Shown here one piece after another: positions 37,947 through 50,895 of a DNA stretch of 64,000 bases. Position numbers and translations under genes: made by a program. Source of the stretch: Patellaria atrata CBS 101060 (lineage: Eukaryota); contig MU006098.1 of assembly GCA_010093705.1 (NCBI GenBank), positions 107,981 to 171,980 of the forward strand, given 5' to 3'. Positions within the stretch are counted from its first letter, which is position 1; each line of letters starts with the position of its first letter. The notes under the pieces were generated by a model that searched no databases, was not told where the DNA came from, and saw nothing but the letters and a program-made list of their open reading frames with translations.

Positions 37947-39375
37947 CTAATGATGCTCAATCGGCTCCTCTGGCAACAAGGGCTCTCTCTCCCCGGTCCT
38001 TGCTCTCGCCCACCCCATGAGCGTCTTCATCGGCGGCCTGACGAGATCGTTGAAAAGGAACGTGCCGTACACGAGCAGGGCGAAGCCGAGGATCTGCAGA
38101 GGCTTGAAGGTCTCCCAGCCCAAGCCGAGCGAGACGATCCAGATAAAAAGCGTGCGGCAAGTGTCGATGGTGGAGCGGGAAGTGGCGGAGACGGTGCGAG
38201 TTACTGAGAGGCCGAAGAAGTTGAAGCCGCTGGGGGTTAGGTTAGCACGTATTTTGATCTAGAGAGTTGAAGGGGCTATACCCGATACTGATCATAATCA
38301 GGAAACTGGTGAGCCCAATCGCCTTGAAGTGTGTCATCTCGTACAAACCCTCTCTTGCGTCAAAGTAGCCATAGCGGCCTTGATCGGTGCGGCCGACGGC
38401 GGCGTGGAGGATCCCCATGCAGATGACGGTGACGAGGAAGCCGAAGATGCCTTCCCAACCGACTACTTTGAGGGGTTCCAGTTCATATTTCTCCATGATG
38501 TTTTCCTCGAGCACGAATTGGACGGCCGTGAAGATCTGAGCGCCGGCGATGAGTAAGACGCCGATGATGGTCCTGAGCGCCGCCTTAGAGGTAGCGGCGG
38601 CATGAAACCCATCCCCTTCGATAGCTCTTTTAGCGACATCAAGTACAGCCTTCCCTCCCTCCGCCGCATCCTCTTTCTTCCCATCCAAGAACCCCGCCAG
38701 TCCTACGATCGCCACACCAGCCACGACGACGAACAGCGCAAACCATTTATAACCGCCTAGCGTTCTCTTAAGAAACAGCACGCTGAACAGGCCGACGAAG
38801 AGCACCAGCGCACCCCTGGTCATCTGGTAAATACTCGCCGCCACAAACAACAATCCCACATTCATAAGCGTGGTGCCGGTGATATCACAGCATGCCGGCA
38901 GGGCCAACATCAGCACCTTCCACCCGGTCAGCGGTGTCCTTACCCCCACATTCTCGTGTGCAGGTTTCAGCGGATTCGCCACCTCCCCGGACTCAGAGCT
39001 TGTCTCGGTCCCGGGCAGCAGAGTGGCGGACACGCTGCTGTCTTCGTCCTCGGCGACAGCGGCGACGGGTGAGTAGCCCGTCTTAGAGACGAAACGCTTG
39101 TAGAGCGAGTAGCCGAGGACGACGAGCCAGCAGCCCATCTCCCCGACGAACATTTGGGCGGTTTGGAGGACGGGTTGTTCGAAGCGTTTGGGGTTCGGGG
39201 TTTCGCAGTCGCGGACGCATTGGTTGTCCTGGGTATGGGGTTAGTAAAGGGATGGGAGTGGAGGGAATAGGGGTGGGGGATGGGGATATACTTGGTATTT
39301 CGTCAGGAGAGTGTTGCAGACGCCCGTCACCAGCATCATGGCGACGAGGAAGGGGACAACCGCTTTTGCAGCCAT
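37947..39375 (-). CDS. SLC35F6-like (drug/metabolite transporter superfamily) putative nucleotide-sugar transporter, 3 exons
   Basis: MMLVTGVCNTLLTKYQ, FEQPVLQTAQMFVGEMGC, ALPACCDITGT, SIYQMTRGALV and FNFFGLSVTRTVSATSRSTIDTCRT. Confidence 0.88.
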
Positions 39376-40243
39376 GGTTATGGTGTTTGTGGTCCGGAGA
39401 CCGGACCTTGAAGATGGGAAAGATAGCTGGCGAAAGAGCAAAAGTATAGGAGAGAGTTTCTAATGAGATATTCTTGTATTGAGAGCTTATCGAAGCTCAA
39501 GCTGGCTCGTTTTAAACAAATAGCCACACGAGGCGGCCTGTTCTTGTCTCGAGTTGTTGTCTTTTGAGGTGACGGAGGCGGAGCTATCTTACGAAAGCTG
39601 GCCATAGCTCGGTTACTGGAGGAGATGGTTTATGATATAGTATCGTACAACTCAGAAGCGCATCCACGGGAGTCCAGTTACGTTTGGACAGTCCTTTATT
39701 CGGAATCAGGTAGGAACCAACCCCAACTCAGCAATTCTTCTGCTCAGTGAGAATCACGAAGGGTGTCGGAAGTTGTGTTCCAAACCACCGTGTCGACTCT
39801 AAAACTGTCGCGGCGATGTGAAGATGCGGCGAAATCCATGACATACAATATCATGGAGTGAGCTATCGGGGTACGCAAACATCATGGCAGATGCGTTAAT
39901 GTACTGCGCGCAGCTTCCGCTCTCTAAATGACACGATGGTGGTTAGTCCCTTAAGACACGTCGTCCTAAGTATACCTTCTACATCCCCTCTGCTCGCTCT
40001 ATACGCTATATTTCCTATTATGAAGGATAACTGGATAGATCTCAAGCAGAAATGGACTTTAGGTGGGTCCAGTTTTTCCCTATCTTGGGGGTATACGGGG
40101 GTATATCAAATCAAATGATAAGAGGCATATGTTGCTGTGATGTTGTGCTTACAAGACGGGGGGTACTGTAAAACACGAAAATGGTTACCTTTCTAGCCAA
40201 CGCAATACGAAAACAACTTTTGAGACGAGCACACATTCCCAAT

Positions 40244-41852
40244 CTACAAAAACCACCTGAAATCCGGGCTCGCCGGCCCATCCCTCAAACGCTCAGTTGG
40301 CACATCCTTCGCCGTCAACTTAACCCCCTGTTCCCTATTCCTCCTCGCGTTATCCAGGACCATGAACGTACCCAACAGAAGCGTGATCACCGCGCCCGTA
40401 GCTCCAAACGCAGCCGTCGTAGCAAGCGCAGGAATATACTTCGGCGCATCCTTATTCTGGAAGATATTGCTACTGACGACGCCCATGAGGTTCGCGAGGG
40501 GCACGCCCACAGAGGTGAGAGTGACGCGACGACCCTCGTGCGCGATGTTGTTGTTATACCAGGTCGACAAGAGCACCGAAGGGGCGGAGGTACCCCAGGT
40601 CATCATGAAGCAGGCGAAGTAGGCGACGTTGAGCTGGTGCTCGACGTCGATGGTCACGTAGATGATGAAGCCGATGAAGGTGAGCAGGAAGCCGAGCGCG
40701 ATGAACGGGAAGCGCAGGCGCATGTAGTCGGAGGTGAAGGCTAAGATAAGCAGGACGACTGCGCCGACGATGTTGGGCGCGACGGTGTAGAGGTTCGTTT
40801 TGATCTTGTCGTAGCCTAGTCGTCCGACGATCTGGGGGAGGAAGAGCGAGACGGATTGGAGGGGGACGCCGAGACAGATTTCGATGCCGAGCCAGGCGTA
40901 GACGGCGGGGATCTTGAAGGCTTTGAGCGCTTCTTTGAGGTCGAACTTTTCGTTGACGATTGAGGAGCTGTCGAGTTGCATGCGGGCGAATGCGATTTTG
41001 CGTTCGTCTTCACTTAGGAATTTTGCCTCGGAGGAAGATTTGGGAAGATACCAATATACGAATAGGGAGACTGTGTACTCATTAGTTCGGTGAGATTCGG
41101 CAATAGTTAGCTGTCTCGACGACTTACAAGAAACCGTGACCGCCCCTTCTATCAGAAACAGATATCTCCATCCTGGCAGACTAGACTCGATCTGGAAGAC
41201 ACCAAAAGCCAAAAGTCCACTGAAGGCGTTGGCGATATTCGAAGCAGCGTAGAAGATTGCTAAGCGTCGAGCAAGCTCACCCCTTCGATAGAATGTGGTA
41301 AGATAGTAGATTACAAGAGGAAAGAAGGCGGATTCAGCCATGCCTAGTTTGAATGTTAAATCGAACCTTGCTGAAAGTGTTATAGAACTCACCCAGGAAC
41401 CATCTCAGCGTCATCATCCCCCCGAAATTCCTCACACTGGCTCCTAGCAGCGTACATGTACCGAAACAGAACATCATGATGGGAAGAACTCTACTCGGAC
41501 CGTACTTCTTCCCCAGCATACCAATAGGAGGTGCAAATATGACGTATGGTACGAAGAACACGCTGAGGATGATGTTATACTGGCCGTCTTTGAAGTGCAA
41601 GTCATCCTCCAAGCTGTCAGTCTTCGCATTCCCGAGATTCCCCTTGTCTAAGGCATTGCAAAGATACATGAAGGCAAGAACGGGCAGAATCCGAAGGTCG
41701 AACTTGAGCACTAGCCGTTTCTCATGTTCGTATGTCGGAATGTAGTTCCCACTCGCCACGAAGCCTGTTTCTGGCGAGGGAGTATTGCTGAGCGAGGATT
41801 TGAGCGAAGCATCTTCCACGCCTCCTTTCGTAATGTCACTTGCGACGCCCAT
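40244..41852 (-). CDS. MFS transporter, anion:cation symporter (Dal5/Tna1-like) family, 3 exons
   Basis: KFDLRILP..LDKGNLGNAK, GMAESAFFP, TTFYRRGELARRLAIFY and GWRYLFLIEG. Confidence 0.92.
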
Positions 41853-42966
41853 AATGGCAAATCTACTTGTATCCTTTGCTATTCAAGTAGACTGGGGGAA
41901 AAGGAACAGATTAATGATGTCTTAGGATATTCTTTGACCCACAGGTTCAGCAAAACAGCATGACTGTTTTGAAAAGAGGGGTTGACAATTCAGTTGATCA
42001 AGACATAAGACGCCATGTGCGTACGTACTGCTTTATAGATCCTTCGCATGCTGGTAAGACGTAGAGTTCTGGTTACATCTAAACCTAGACTATGCTTAAA
42101 GACGCGAAGAAGCAATATTGAAAAGAGAGATAGAGAGTAAGGGCTAACCTTGAGGTAGCCCTGGGAGAATTCTAAGTACTAGGTATCATTAGGAAAAAGA
42201 GTGTCCCCTTGCTGATGTCGTAGTCCGCTCCTAGGAGAACCACACGGCCTAAGAAACAGATTCTCGACAGAGAATGACAAGTGTAAACGCTTTGATCGGG
42301 ATGCCGATTGGTTACCGCCACCGATCGGGAATGCTAGGGTGATGCATGAAGGGGATCCTTTTGGGTTTTTTGGAGATAAGAGAAAAGAGGAGAATTATAC
42401 TTGAACCCTTACCTGACCTCATCGTATGAGCGCGGGACACATCCTTGGCGTCCATCACCGTTGATACCACCACTTACTGATTGAGCGCCCTGGACATGTG
42501 GCAAATTGATCCTTCTACTCTTAAAAATGATTCTTGGGCACTTGCACAGGAGGGACCACGAACGAGAAAGTGATATGTAAGAACGGGATTCGATGTTCTA
42601 TGTTTCTGGCTGGCTGGTTGAAAGCATGCCTTAGTTGCCCATAGGTCATGCAGACTTCCATAGCCGAGGCTATCAAAGTGGATTGATATTGATACAAACG
42701 GGGGGACTGGGGGCTACAGACGTCCAACAGATAAGAGATCTTGAAAACCATTGGCGCTCACCATGCAACGCCGTACAATGATACTATCCAAGCAGCAGTA
42801 TGTCCACCTTTAAGATACCGAAAACTCCATGTTTGGGTATTCCCTCCATGACGACCCCAGGCGCTTTTGAAACGCCGTTGCTATAGACGTGAAATCAACA
42901 AATGAGATAGTGTAACGTAGGTGGACTATAGTAGGTAGATGTCTGGTAAAACTGCGACCGCTTCCT

Positions 42967-44508
42967 TCACGCTGAAGGTCCCTGCTGGGTGTCCTTATCG
43001 TTCGTATGTCGGTGTAGAAGGTTGTTAACCTTCTTAGGGATTGGAGGGTACTTCCACTCTGACACTGTCCACGAAACCGGCTCCTTTGGTTTTTGAGGCA
43101 GCTTCCGCTTGGAGCGACCTGAAACGTACCGAGGAGCACCGCTGGTGGCGCGTTCTCTCAGAGCGGGTTCTGAGCCTTTGGGACGTAGCTTGAGTTTCTT
43201 GTCTCGATGCTCGTCGTCTGAGCCATCGAGCTCGAAGCTGCGAAGGGACATGGCGGCGCGGTCGTTTGGGGTGATAGGCGATTGTATCGCGGAGGAACGA
43301 TGGGAAGGGAGTAACGACGCAGATGCTAGGACGTCAAGAGCTGTCGGTGACCTGATAAGGTCGCTGTGAGTGCGCGAAGTGTAAGGCGGAGGGTCCGAAG
43401 ACTCGTACATCAGCTGATCTCCCATGCTCTTTACATTCTGCGGTTCGCCGTCCAATTCGCTGTCATGCGACCAACATGTCTGATCCACCCCGTACATGGC
43501 GGGTAAGCTGTGTATCTCTTCCCATGTAATGTCCTGAAACACTAAGGAGATATAAAGTACGTCGCCTTGCAACTTATCGTGGCATATGCAATGTTCTTCG
43601 AGGTACGATTTATCCCACATTTGATCTGATTCGTCTGTCGCAAATTCTTGGAGAACTATTCTGCTTAGAAATTCTCCCTTGGTGAGGCGATATGCTTTTA
43701 ACGGTATCCACATCCTCCCTTTGAGAACGTTCGCGAAAGTTTCATGTACAGCTTTCGTAAACGAGGTGTGATCGGTATTAGCTATTGTTAGTTCTTTGTG
43801 AAGACCACGGGACTCGCATCGCTTGTACGCGGTACTGCTGAAGTCGAAGGCGAAAGGTTGCTGTTTACTGGGGACAAAGATTGTACGGATCGTCCAAGAC
43901 TGTGATTTGGGCCTCTCGATTCGTATCGGCAGTTGTGTAATAACCTGGTGCTCGACAGACTCGAGGACAGGCGTGAGGGAGCGAGTACTTCGTCCAGGAT
44001 CTACTCTTTCCATCCGATTTTCGAGATCCATGACTACTTCGTCGACCTTGCTGAGATGTTCACGGATAGTCCTAATATCATTAAAGCACTCGGTGACCTT
44101 ATCAACAGCTTCCTCAGCCTTATCGTCCAACTGTAATTTGAGATTTGTCATGTTCGAATACACCCCCTGAGATAAGGCTTCTCTTAAACGTCGTTCATCG
44201 TCAAGTTGACGCTTCAACTTCTTCACCTCCGTCAGTACCTCCTGGAACTGTTCTGCTGATACGCCGCTCTGAGCCGCTCTTCTCTCATGTACCCATGCTT
44301 GATGACCACAACCACACATCGAGCCCGGCTTCTCCTTGTTTAGCATATAGCTCTGACAACAGCATCGTTCGCGCGCTCCATTAGCCTGAGTGAGGATATA
44401 TTGACATGCTCCTTGCGGTAAGTCGGGATCTACGCTCGCTCTTGGGTTTCGCGGAAGGTGTACCAGATTGTGTTGCCCGTTAGAAAACATCGGGGGAGGA
44501 AGAGACAT
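42967..44508 (-). CDS. Hypothetical protein (513 aa) with an N-terminal Cys/His cluster and a coiled coil
   Basis: Intronless ORF with CQY..CCCQSY..CGCGHQAWVH, a heptad-rich region and a low-complexity C-terminus. Confidence 0.8.
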   Translation of the reverse strand: MSLPPPMFSNGQHNLVHLPRNPRASVDPDLPQGACQYILTQANGARERCCCQSYMLNKEKPGSMCGCGHQAWVHERRAAQSGVSAEQFQEVLTEVKKLKRQLDDERRLREALSQGVYSNMTNLKLQLDDKAEEAVDKVTECFNDIRTIREHLSKVDEVVMDLENRMERVDPGRSTRSLTPVLESVEHQVITQLPIRIERPKSQSWTIRTIFVPSKQQPFAFDFSSTAYKRCESRGLHKELTIANTDHTSFTKAVHETFANVLKGRMWIPLKAYRLTKGEFLSRIVLQEFATDESDQMWDKSYLEEHCICHDKLQGDVLYISLVFQDITWEEIHSLPAMYGVDQTCWSHDSELDGEPQNVKSMGDQLMYESSDPPPYTSRTHSDLIRSPTALDVLASASLLPSHRSSAIQSPITPNDRAAMSLRSFELDGSDDEHRDKKLKLRPKGSEPALRERATSGAPRYVSGRSKRKLPQKPKEPVSWTVSEWKYPPIPKKVNNLLHRHTNDKDTQQGPSA

Positions 44509-47500
44509 CTGTCCCTAAGCAGCGCAGTTCAAATATGTTCATTGAGCGGAACGACGGGTCGATAAGGGGTGAGGAGTGGCACTGCGGTCAGAAATGACGC
44601 GAGGCTCCAGATTTCCTACGGTGGGAAGTGTCAGTCGGTCTGGGGGCGCGAGAGTTATATCAAAAGTTTCAGAAGGGGGAACCGTGTGGGATAACCGGGG
44701 CGAGGCTACGCACCTGATAAGGGTGTGGAAAGATGCAGAAGAAACCGAAAGAGCAGATCCCAGCGGATGCTCCCGTGGGGCGTATGTTTTAGGCGCTGGC
44801 AATGTGCAATTCCAGCAGGAGAACGAGCGCCTTGTTTCTCTTAAAGCGTGGATATGGACGGCTTCGAAGTCGCAGGGCAGGTGAATATTTGTTCGAACAC
44901 CAGGAAGAAAGTGTCGAAAAAGGCCGGTGCAGGTACTATCATCCTTTTAGGAGATATAGTTGGCCCATCCCGCACAAGGCAGGGCTAGTTCCCGCGTTAG
45001 GGGTGGGAGACTGGGAGTGTTCAGTCATGTTGCGGCATCCCCGGCGGAGAGAGGTTACAAGGCTAGATTCGATCATTTCGGGGTTAGGAAACATTTGGCA
45101 TCCAAGCCCATCTTTGTTGCTCGACTGTGACATGCGCCGCCTATCTCAATTCTAATGAGAAGTGGGTTGGGTGTCCTAGGGGACCGTGCAGAGCTGGGTT
45201 TTCTGGCGTTGCTTACAGGTCAGTGGATGGAAAGGGGAGAGAGGTAGAGATAAGGAGCGCGGGGCGTTGATGTCCCAGCAGACGCCTGAACAAGGACGAG
45301 AGAACGATGTCGGACAAGCGGGCGTGGGATTTTGAGCATTTTGCAGCACATTGTGGAACACCGATACGATATCATGGGGGTAAAGGGGGGGGGGGGGAAT
45401 TGTGGTATACAGTACGTCCACTCTGCCGTGTACACCAGGGTTCTCATGATGTCCCAGCATAATAATACAAAGAGTCATTTTGTTACGCTCTGATAGTACT
45501 CATCCTGGAAAACATTTGTGTCATTTTCAACGTTGATCGTGTTATTGTTGAGCATGTTATGTTGTGGCTGTAGGAAAGGTGTTCGCGGCGCATCTTCAAC
45601 CCAAAGGTTCGGTCCGTTTGTCAAGGCATCCCACTGTTCCCACTCTCCTCGCTCCACCTCATATAAAAAAAAGGCGCTGAATATTATAAATTCTCTCCAT
45701 CCCCAACGGCTCCGAAAGAGACATAAAGTTCAAGTTGGAAGTCTGGTATGTCGATCCGGGATTATAATTGCCAGAATCGGGATGGATATATTTCTGAGAA
45801 ATTTGTATAGGTTACTTGTAGTCCTCGGTCCTTGAATTCCATGGGAGCCCCCAGAAGGTTCACTTTCGCCGAGTGAATCTCAGACCAGGTCTTGATCAAA
45901 TGGCCATGAGTTGTGCCTGCACATGCACCCGTGGCGGCGGGGGATATTCTCAGGGTAAAGCGTACGAAGTAAAAGCCGTGAAGCATGAAATTCAATTCCC
46001 ATGGAGAATACGGCACTCTATGCCGTATGCGTATGGGGGTGTAAGGCTTGAGTAGCTCTACAGACTACAGTACGGTGCTACTCCCGGTAGGGGCTAAACT
46101 GATCAAACTCGTTGATAACCAACAGCCCCTTCTGTAGACTACCGGTACCTCCGTACTGTATCTAGAAATAGATCCTTATCCGTCTCTTCTCAACACGACC
46201 GCCTCCAACAATAAAGCGCAGGTCGAGGAAAGCTTATTGAAAGCCAGAAAGAGTGAGAGGTACGGAGAATGTACTGTACACTTTGTAACACGAACCGAAA
46301 GATGGAATTATTTGCCCTTATCTTCGCAGTTTCGCACGCCTAGTAAAGTATCATACCGGACTCGTCGAGCACTTTGGCGAGGGTTTTTCTTGTGGGTTTA
46401 TCCCACATGGTGCCATTGTTATGGACTCGGTCCCCGCTTGGTCTATCCCTGCCTTCATCTACTGTACTGAATGTATATGATCGGTTAGCATGAAGTACGA
46501 AAATGGTTTCTCGATAATTGATACGCTTGAGAAGAGAATGACCTGAAGACGCTGCAAATAACGAAGATGACGACTGAAGATCGAAGACAAGAAAAGGCGA
46601 GCAGAAGCCGGATTGCCGATGATGCTGATTTGACGAGGTATGAAACGGTAGAACTAAAAGAACAGCAAAAAAAAGATGTGATGTATCAACGTGGCTTTTC
46701 TAGAAACTCTAGGCCTCTTCTAACAGAACTTAACCCTTTGTGGCCACGAGGCTGAAACATATATTTATGATGGTGTAAACTCAAAATATCTGATACCTCC
46801 CATTTATTTGGCTTGGGAGCCCAGCGTCGAGCAGGTCAGCACCTCAGGAAGCAGGGCGATGTGCCACGCAACCTGTGCCTGGCCGATCATTGGAACTAAA
46901 ACGTCTGTAGGATTCACCATTAGATTTTTAAGATCCCATCACGGTATTCGGTATTCACAAGGTACCCAAGTATTTCAGTTGTCATGAATTGCCTTTTGAG
47001 CTCCACCGCAGCATCAGCCTGAGATGACACCTCATACAATATCCCACGTAAAGCACATCTTCTGGGCTTCTTGACAATTTTCTAGCTCTCTGTCTAATTC
47101 ATCACTCATTCTGAAAATAAGGCCAAGAGATGGTTGAATTTGCCGACGGCGTAGGGAAGAGCAAAGCGAATCCCGTTTTGGGAATTGAGTGGATGTTGAA
47201 AAAGTCATCAGAATCTGTCATCCACGCCGACGGAAAGACGCCATGCATCGTCTACAGTAGCCTATCGACTTGCTTGCCTCTACATCGTGTCAACCTCTGA
47301 ACGGTTGGTAGTTCTCCAGGTCTTGCTAGGGCTTCAGTTCTGAAAATTTGCGCCGCGATTCTCTCAACTCGTGAGTGACGGCTTTCTTCCTGACGATAAT
47401 CTCACGCCCACTCTGAGCTCTTCTAATTGCAAAATCTTCTTCGCAGCTCGTTCGCATTTGATTCTGGACTTTCATCTCCGTGAGCATGAAAATATGTTTA

Positions 47501-48840
47501 TTCACCGATTGGGTATCTTCTCCAGCCTCTTATGCACTAACCGATGTGATATGGCAGTAGGTCCGATCTGGTAGGTGCAGAACGCTTACTTCCCATTTTC
47601 TTCTTTCCTTTAGCTGTACTGAACCTTAGCAAACTCCAGTACGCTCTTCTCCATATCCATATCAACGGTCACCTTTCTTTTCTTCTCTCGCTTCTGCTTC
47701 TGCGGCTGTCCTTCCGCGACCCATTAGGCACCGGTCCACGTCCCAAGAACATCGTTGACATCCAATATCTTGGAGCTCATAGGATAAGCGTTACTGAAGA
47801 CCTGCTCCACGCGGCTCGACCCGCAGATCGGGTAGACTATGTCTATTCGGACCTTCTGAGATCAGCACGGATCAGATAAGCTCCATCCCCACGCAATGGT
47901 TGGTACAGCGCTATGAAGAGATAGGTGTTCATAGACCTCCTGAACGCCTCCGTGTGACGTCGTCCCAAGGCACCGGGTCTAGAGTTGCATTGAAGCAGCT
48001 GATAACACGGTGGAAAGCCCGTCCTCATTGTTGCCTGACAAACTAGTCCTTGATAATGTCCTCCCGCATTGAAGTGTAGTATGGGGGAAATTTTGCTTTT
48101 GGTCCTGGAGACGAGATACGAGTATGAAGCCAAACATCCAAACCTTGAGAGATAGACAAAAACAACTATCAGCGTATGGTAGCAAGACCTTTTACCCTTC
48201 GAAACATGCGATCCAAAAACTTTGGACGTGAATATAACAACCGGGGGTGGAACAGACCGTCGCGTAAACTACATTCCACTTAGAATAGCAAGGCGCCTCA
48301 TGCTTTACATAGCTTATAGTCTAAGTACAGACATTTTTTCTTAGCTGTTAACCTACTTTAAGGGACCTCAATGTTTTCTCGTCAACGAAACATACAGAGT
48401 CTACATGCAACCCGCGGAGGCGGGTTGGAACCTGCAGTTTACAGCACTTCTACCGGGATACTCGCTTTCAAAAGTCCTTAGCCATGCATCGGAGAACGCG
48501 GGCCTACCGCTTTTCTGCATGACAATCGTCTCTGTAGTGTAACTATAGAAGTTTGGTTACCGATTTGCACATGGATTCATGGGACCTTTCACGGGAAAGC
48601 GGTCTGACATATCAAATTATTGGAACACCTGGAGAGCTCTCTTATCAAGGAATCAGACTATAACTTTTATTATGTCTTCAGCCTTGGTTATCATTACATA
48701 AGATATTTCTTTTTTCTGCGTGACCACTCGATCAATATCGATTGTTCTTCCTTAACCGCCAGCAACGAGACAGCTTTATCACTCGACATAAACAATGAAT
48801 ACGAGAAGAATACAGACTCCAGCTGAGATATTGAAAGCCA

Positions 48841-49910
48841 CTACATCAGGAAAGTTGGGGGTAATTCAGGGCCTATCATTATCAGCATGTGCTCATCGGA
48901 AGGTCGTAGTTTTCATTTCTCACTCACCCCATATGTGTAGATTACCGGGACCCGCCTTTGTTCGCGAAGTGGGTGTTGTATCATCAACAAGATCTCCATC
49001 GACATAATGTTCCATCATAAACTTCGAAGGATCCCACCTAATAGAGTCAACAAACGTTCATCAAACTCTCGATTGCTATCACTCACCAGTAATCGAATAT
49101 CTGTGACCCAAGGACATGGCGCCCAATACCCCAAACAAGGTCATACCCCTTTTCTCTCAACCACTGATGTCCAAGACCTTGGATATCGAAATCGTGGACC
49201 TCATAACTGGAATGATGTACGTGAAACTTCGGACCTTCGAAGAAGAAAAAACAGTGGTGGTCTACTTGCTCCTTTCCTCTATCAAGATGCATAAAAGTGG
49301 TTATATCTTCATTCGTGTCGCCATCATACACCAGGTCTGTCGACTTCAAGTTGAAATGCTTCGTATAAAACTCGTACGCCTTCTTGTAGTTCGTCGTACA
49401 GAGGCCGAAGTGACCTAGCTTATGTATCGGTGCCGGGCCATGCTTGAATCGCTGTGTATGGTTGACGGGTCGGTTCTTGTGAGTAGGATAGTTGTAGTCG
49501 AGTTCAGGTAGACTGTCATCGACGCCTTTCTCGCTTTGGCCATAGATCAGATGCCAGGGGCAGTTGTCGATAGGCTCATAGAACGTTACCCGTTTGCCGC
49601 CACCCGGTGCGTCGAGATCCTCAATCTTTGATGCACCCGGTAAGGTTTCTGATGCGCGTTCTAGGTCTTCTAGTGAATCGACCACGAATCCTGCACCGCT
49701 GAATTTACTTTCCGAGCCTTTAAGTGAACAGTACACGAAAGGTTCCTTGCCATAACCCTTATAGTAGGTTCGGTCTTCCTTCTCCTCAGCTACGGTGAAA
49801 CCAAAATCTAGCAGGAACTTGTGGGCCGCTTCATGATCGGCGTGGGTATAATTAATATGGGCGATGCGTTTCAGGGAAATCTTTGGGGGTTCGGTGGCGG
49901 CTGGAGACAT
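48841..49910 (-). CDS. VOC-family (type I) extradiol ring-cleavage dioxygenase, trihydroxytoluene-oxygenase-like, 3 exons
   Basis: Two glyoxalase-like domains. Metal ligands KLGHFG, HVHHSSYEV and MMEHY, plus WGIGRHVLGSQIFDYWWDP. Two GTGAGT introns near the 3' end; stop at 48841-48843. Confidence 0.9.
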
Positions 49911-50895
49911 GATGTCAAGATGTTGAAGCTATTTGGGGACAGCTTCTACTGGAATTTCGAAATCAGATTTAACTACCTATCGACGAACACAGCTTATCAT
50001 ATATAGGTTTATAGCAAATGTTCGAGGCCGTGAGGCGACCAAGACGGCAAATGAAGTCTTTCCTTCCGACGGCAACCAAGAAAGCAAGCACTTCGATCTG
50101 GTCAAGTGAGAGGTGGAGAAGAATTGCATTGACGGGCTAATGTGAGAAGAGCTATCTAACTATGCCGGACTAATGTTGACTCTGATAGGGCCGATCATAG
50201 AACGGCTTTTTCTGCTCCGCATTGTTTGATGTGGGGTTGACGCGATGGAAGTGTTCATCATTCCAGTCGCGGGGTCCTCTTGGTCATTTACTCGATCCAG
50301 GTCCTAATCCTTTACCATCCTCTATACCTAGTTCTCATGTTGTGGCTATCTCCTCTCGGTCACGGCTAGCATTCCTTAGTTACTGCGATAAAGTACCGTG
50401 TGCCTGCACACGTCAGTGTACTATCGAGTTCCAGTGAATAATGGATTGATACCGACAGTTATTCTGGCCCAATTATGCTGAGTCCTTCAAACAATCCTGC
50501 TGTCCTGCATAGTAGAGCTGGATACAAACCCAAAGAGACACCGTACAGTGGTTTTAAGCCGGGAGAACCATGACCGGATGGGATATAACACCACTTTCAC
50601 TTGGTTCTGTTTTCCAGTCATGGGTATTGCACGAGTAATCTTCCGGATATGGTACCGATACCGACGTCTCGCAAGAGTAGAATCAGGACGTACCCTTTTA
50701 CGAACATGTTAACCAGGTGCCTCGTTGGAAGCTCCCCTGTTAGAGAGCCGCGAGGGATCGTCATAGGACCTCTACTTTCATGATGATGAGCATACCTCCG
50801 CAGGATCGAAGCTGAAGAACATATAAAATACTTATTTGCTCGAGGAGTAGTTTTTCTGGGGATTTTTCGTACAATCTACTCGCCCGATACTCACC

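Noticed and set aside
46500..48300. Coding-like minus-strand fragments
   Set aside because: Interrupted by stops, with no identifiable family. Possibly a decayed gene, but unsupported.
48408..48427. Perfect 8-bp hairpin CAACCCGC-GGAG-GCGGGTTG
   Set aside because: Isolated and short, so compatible with chance in 64 kb. Bacterial terminator logic does not apply here.
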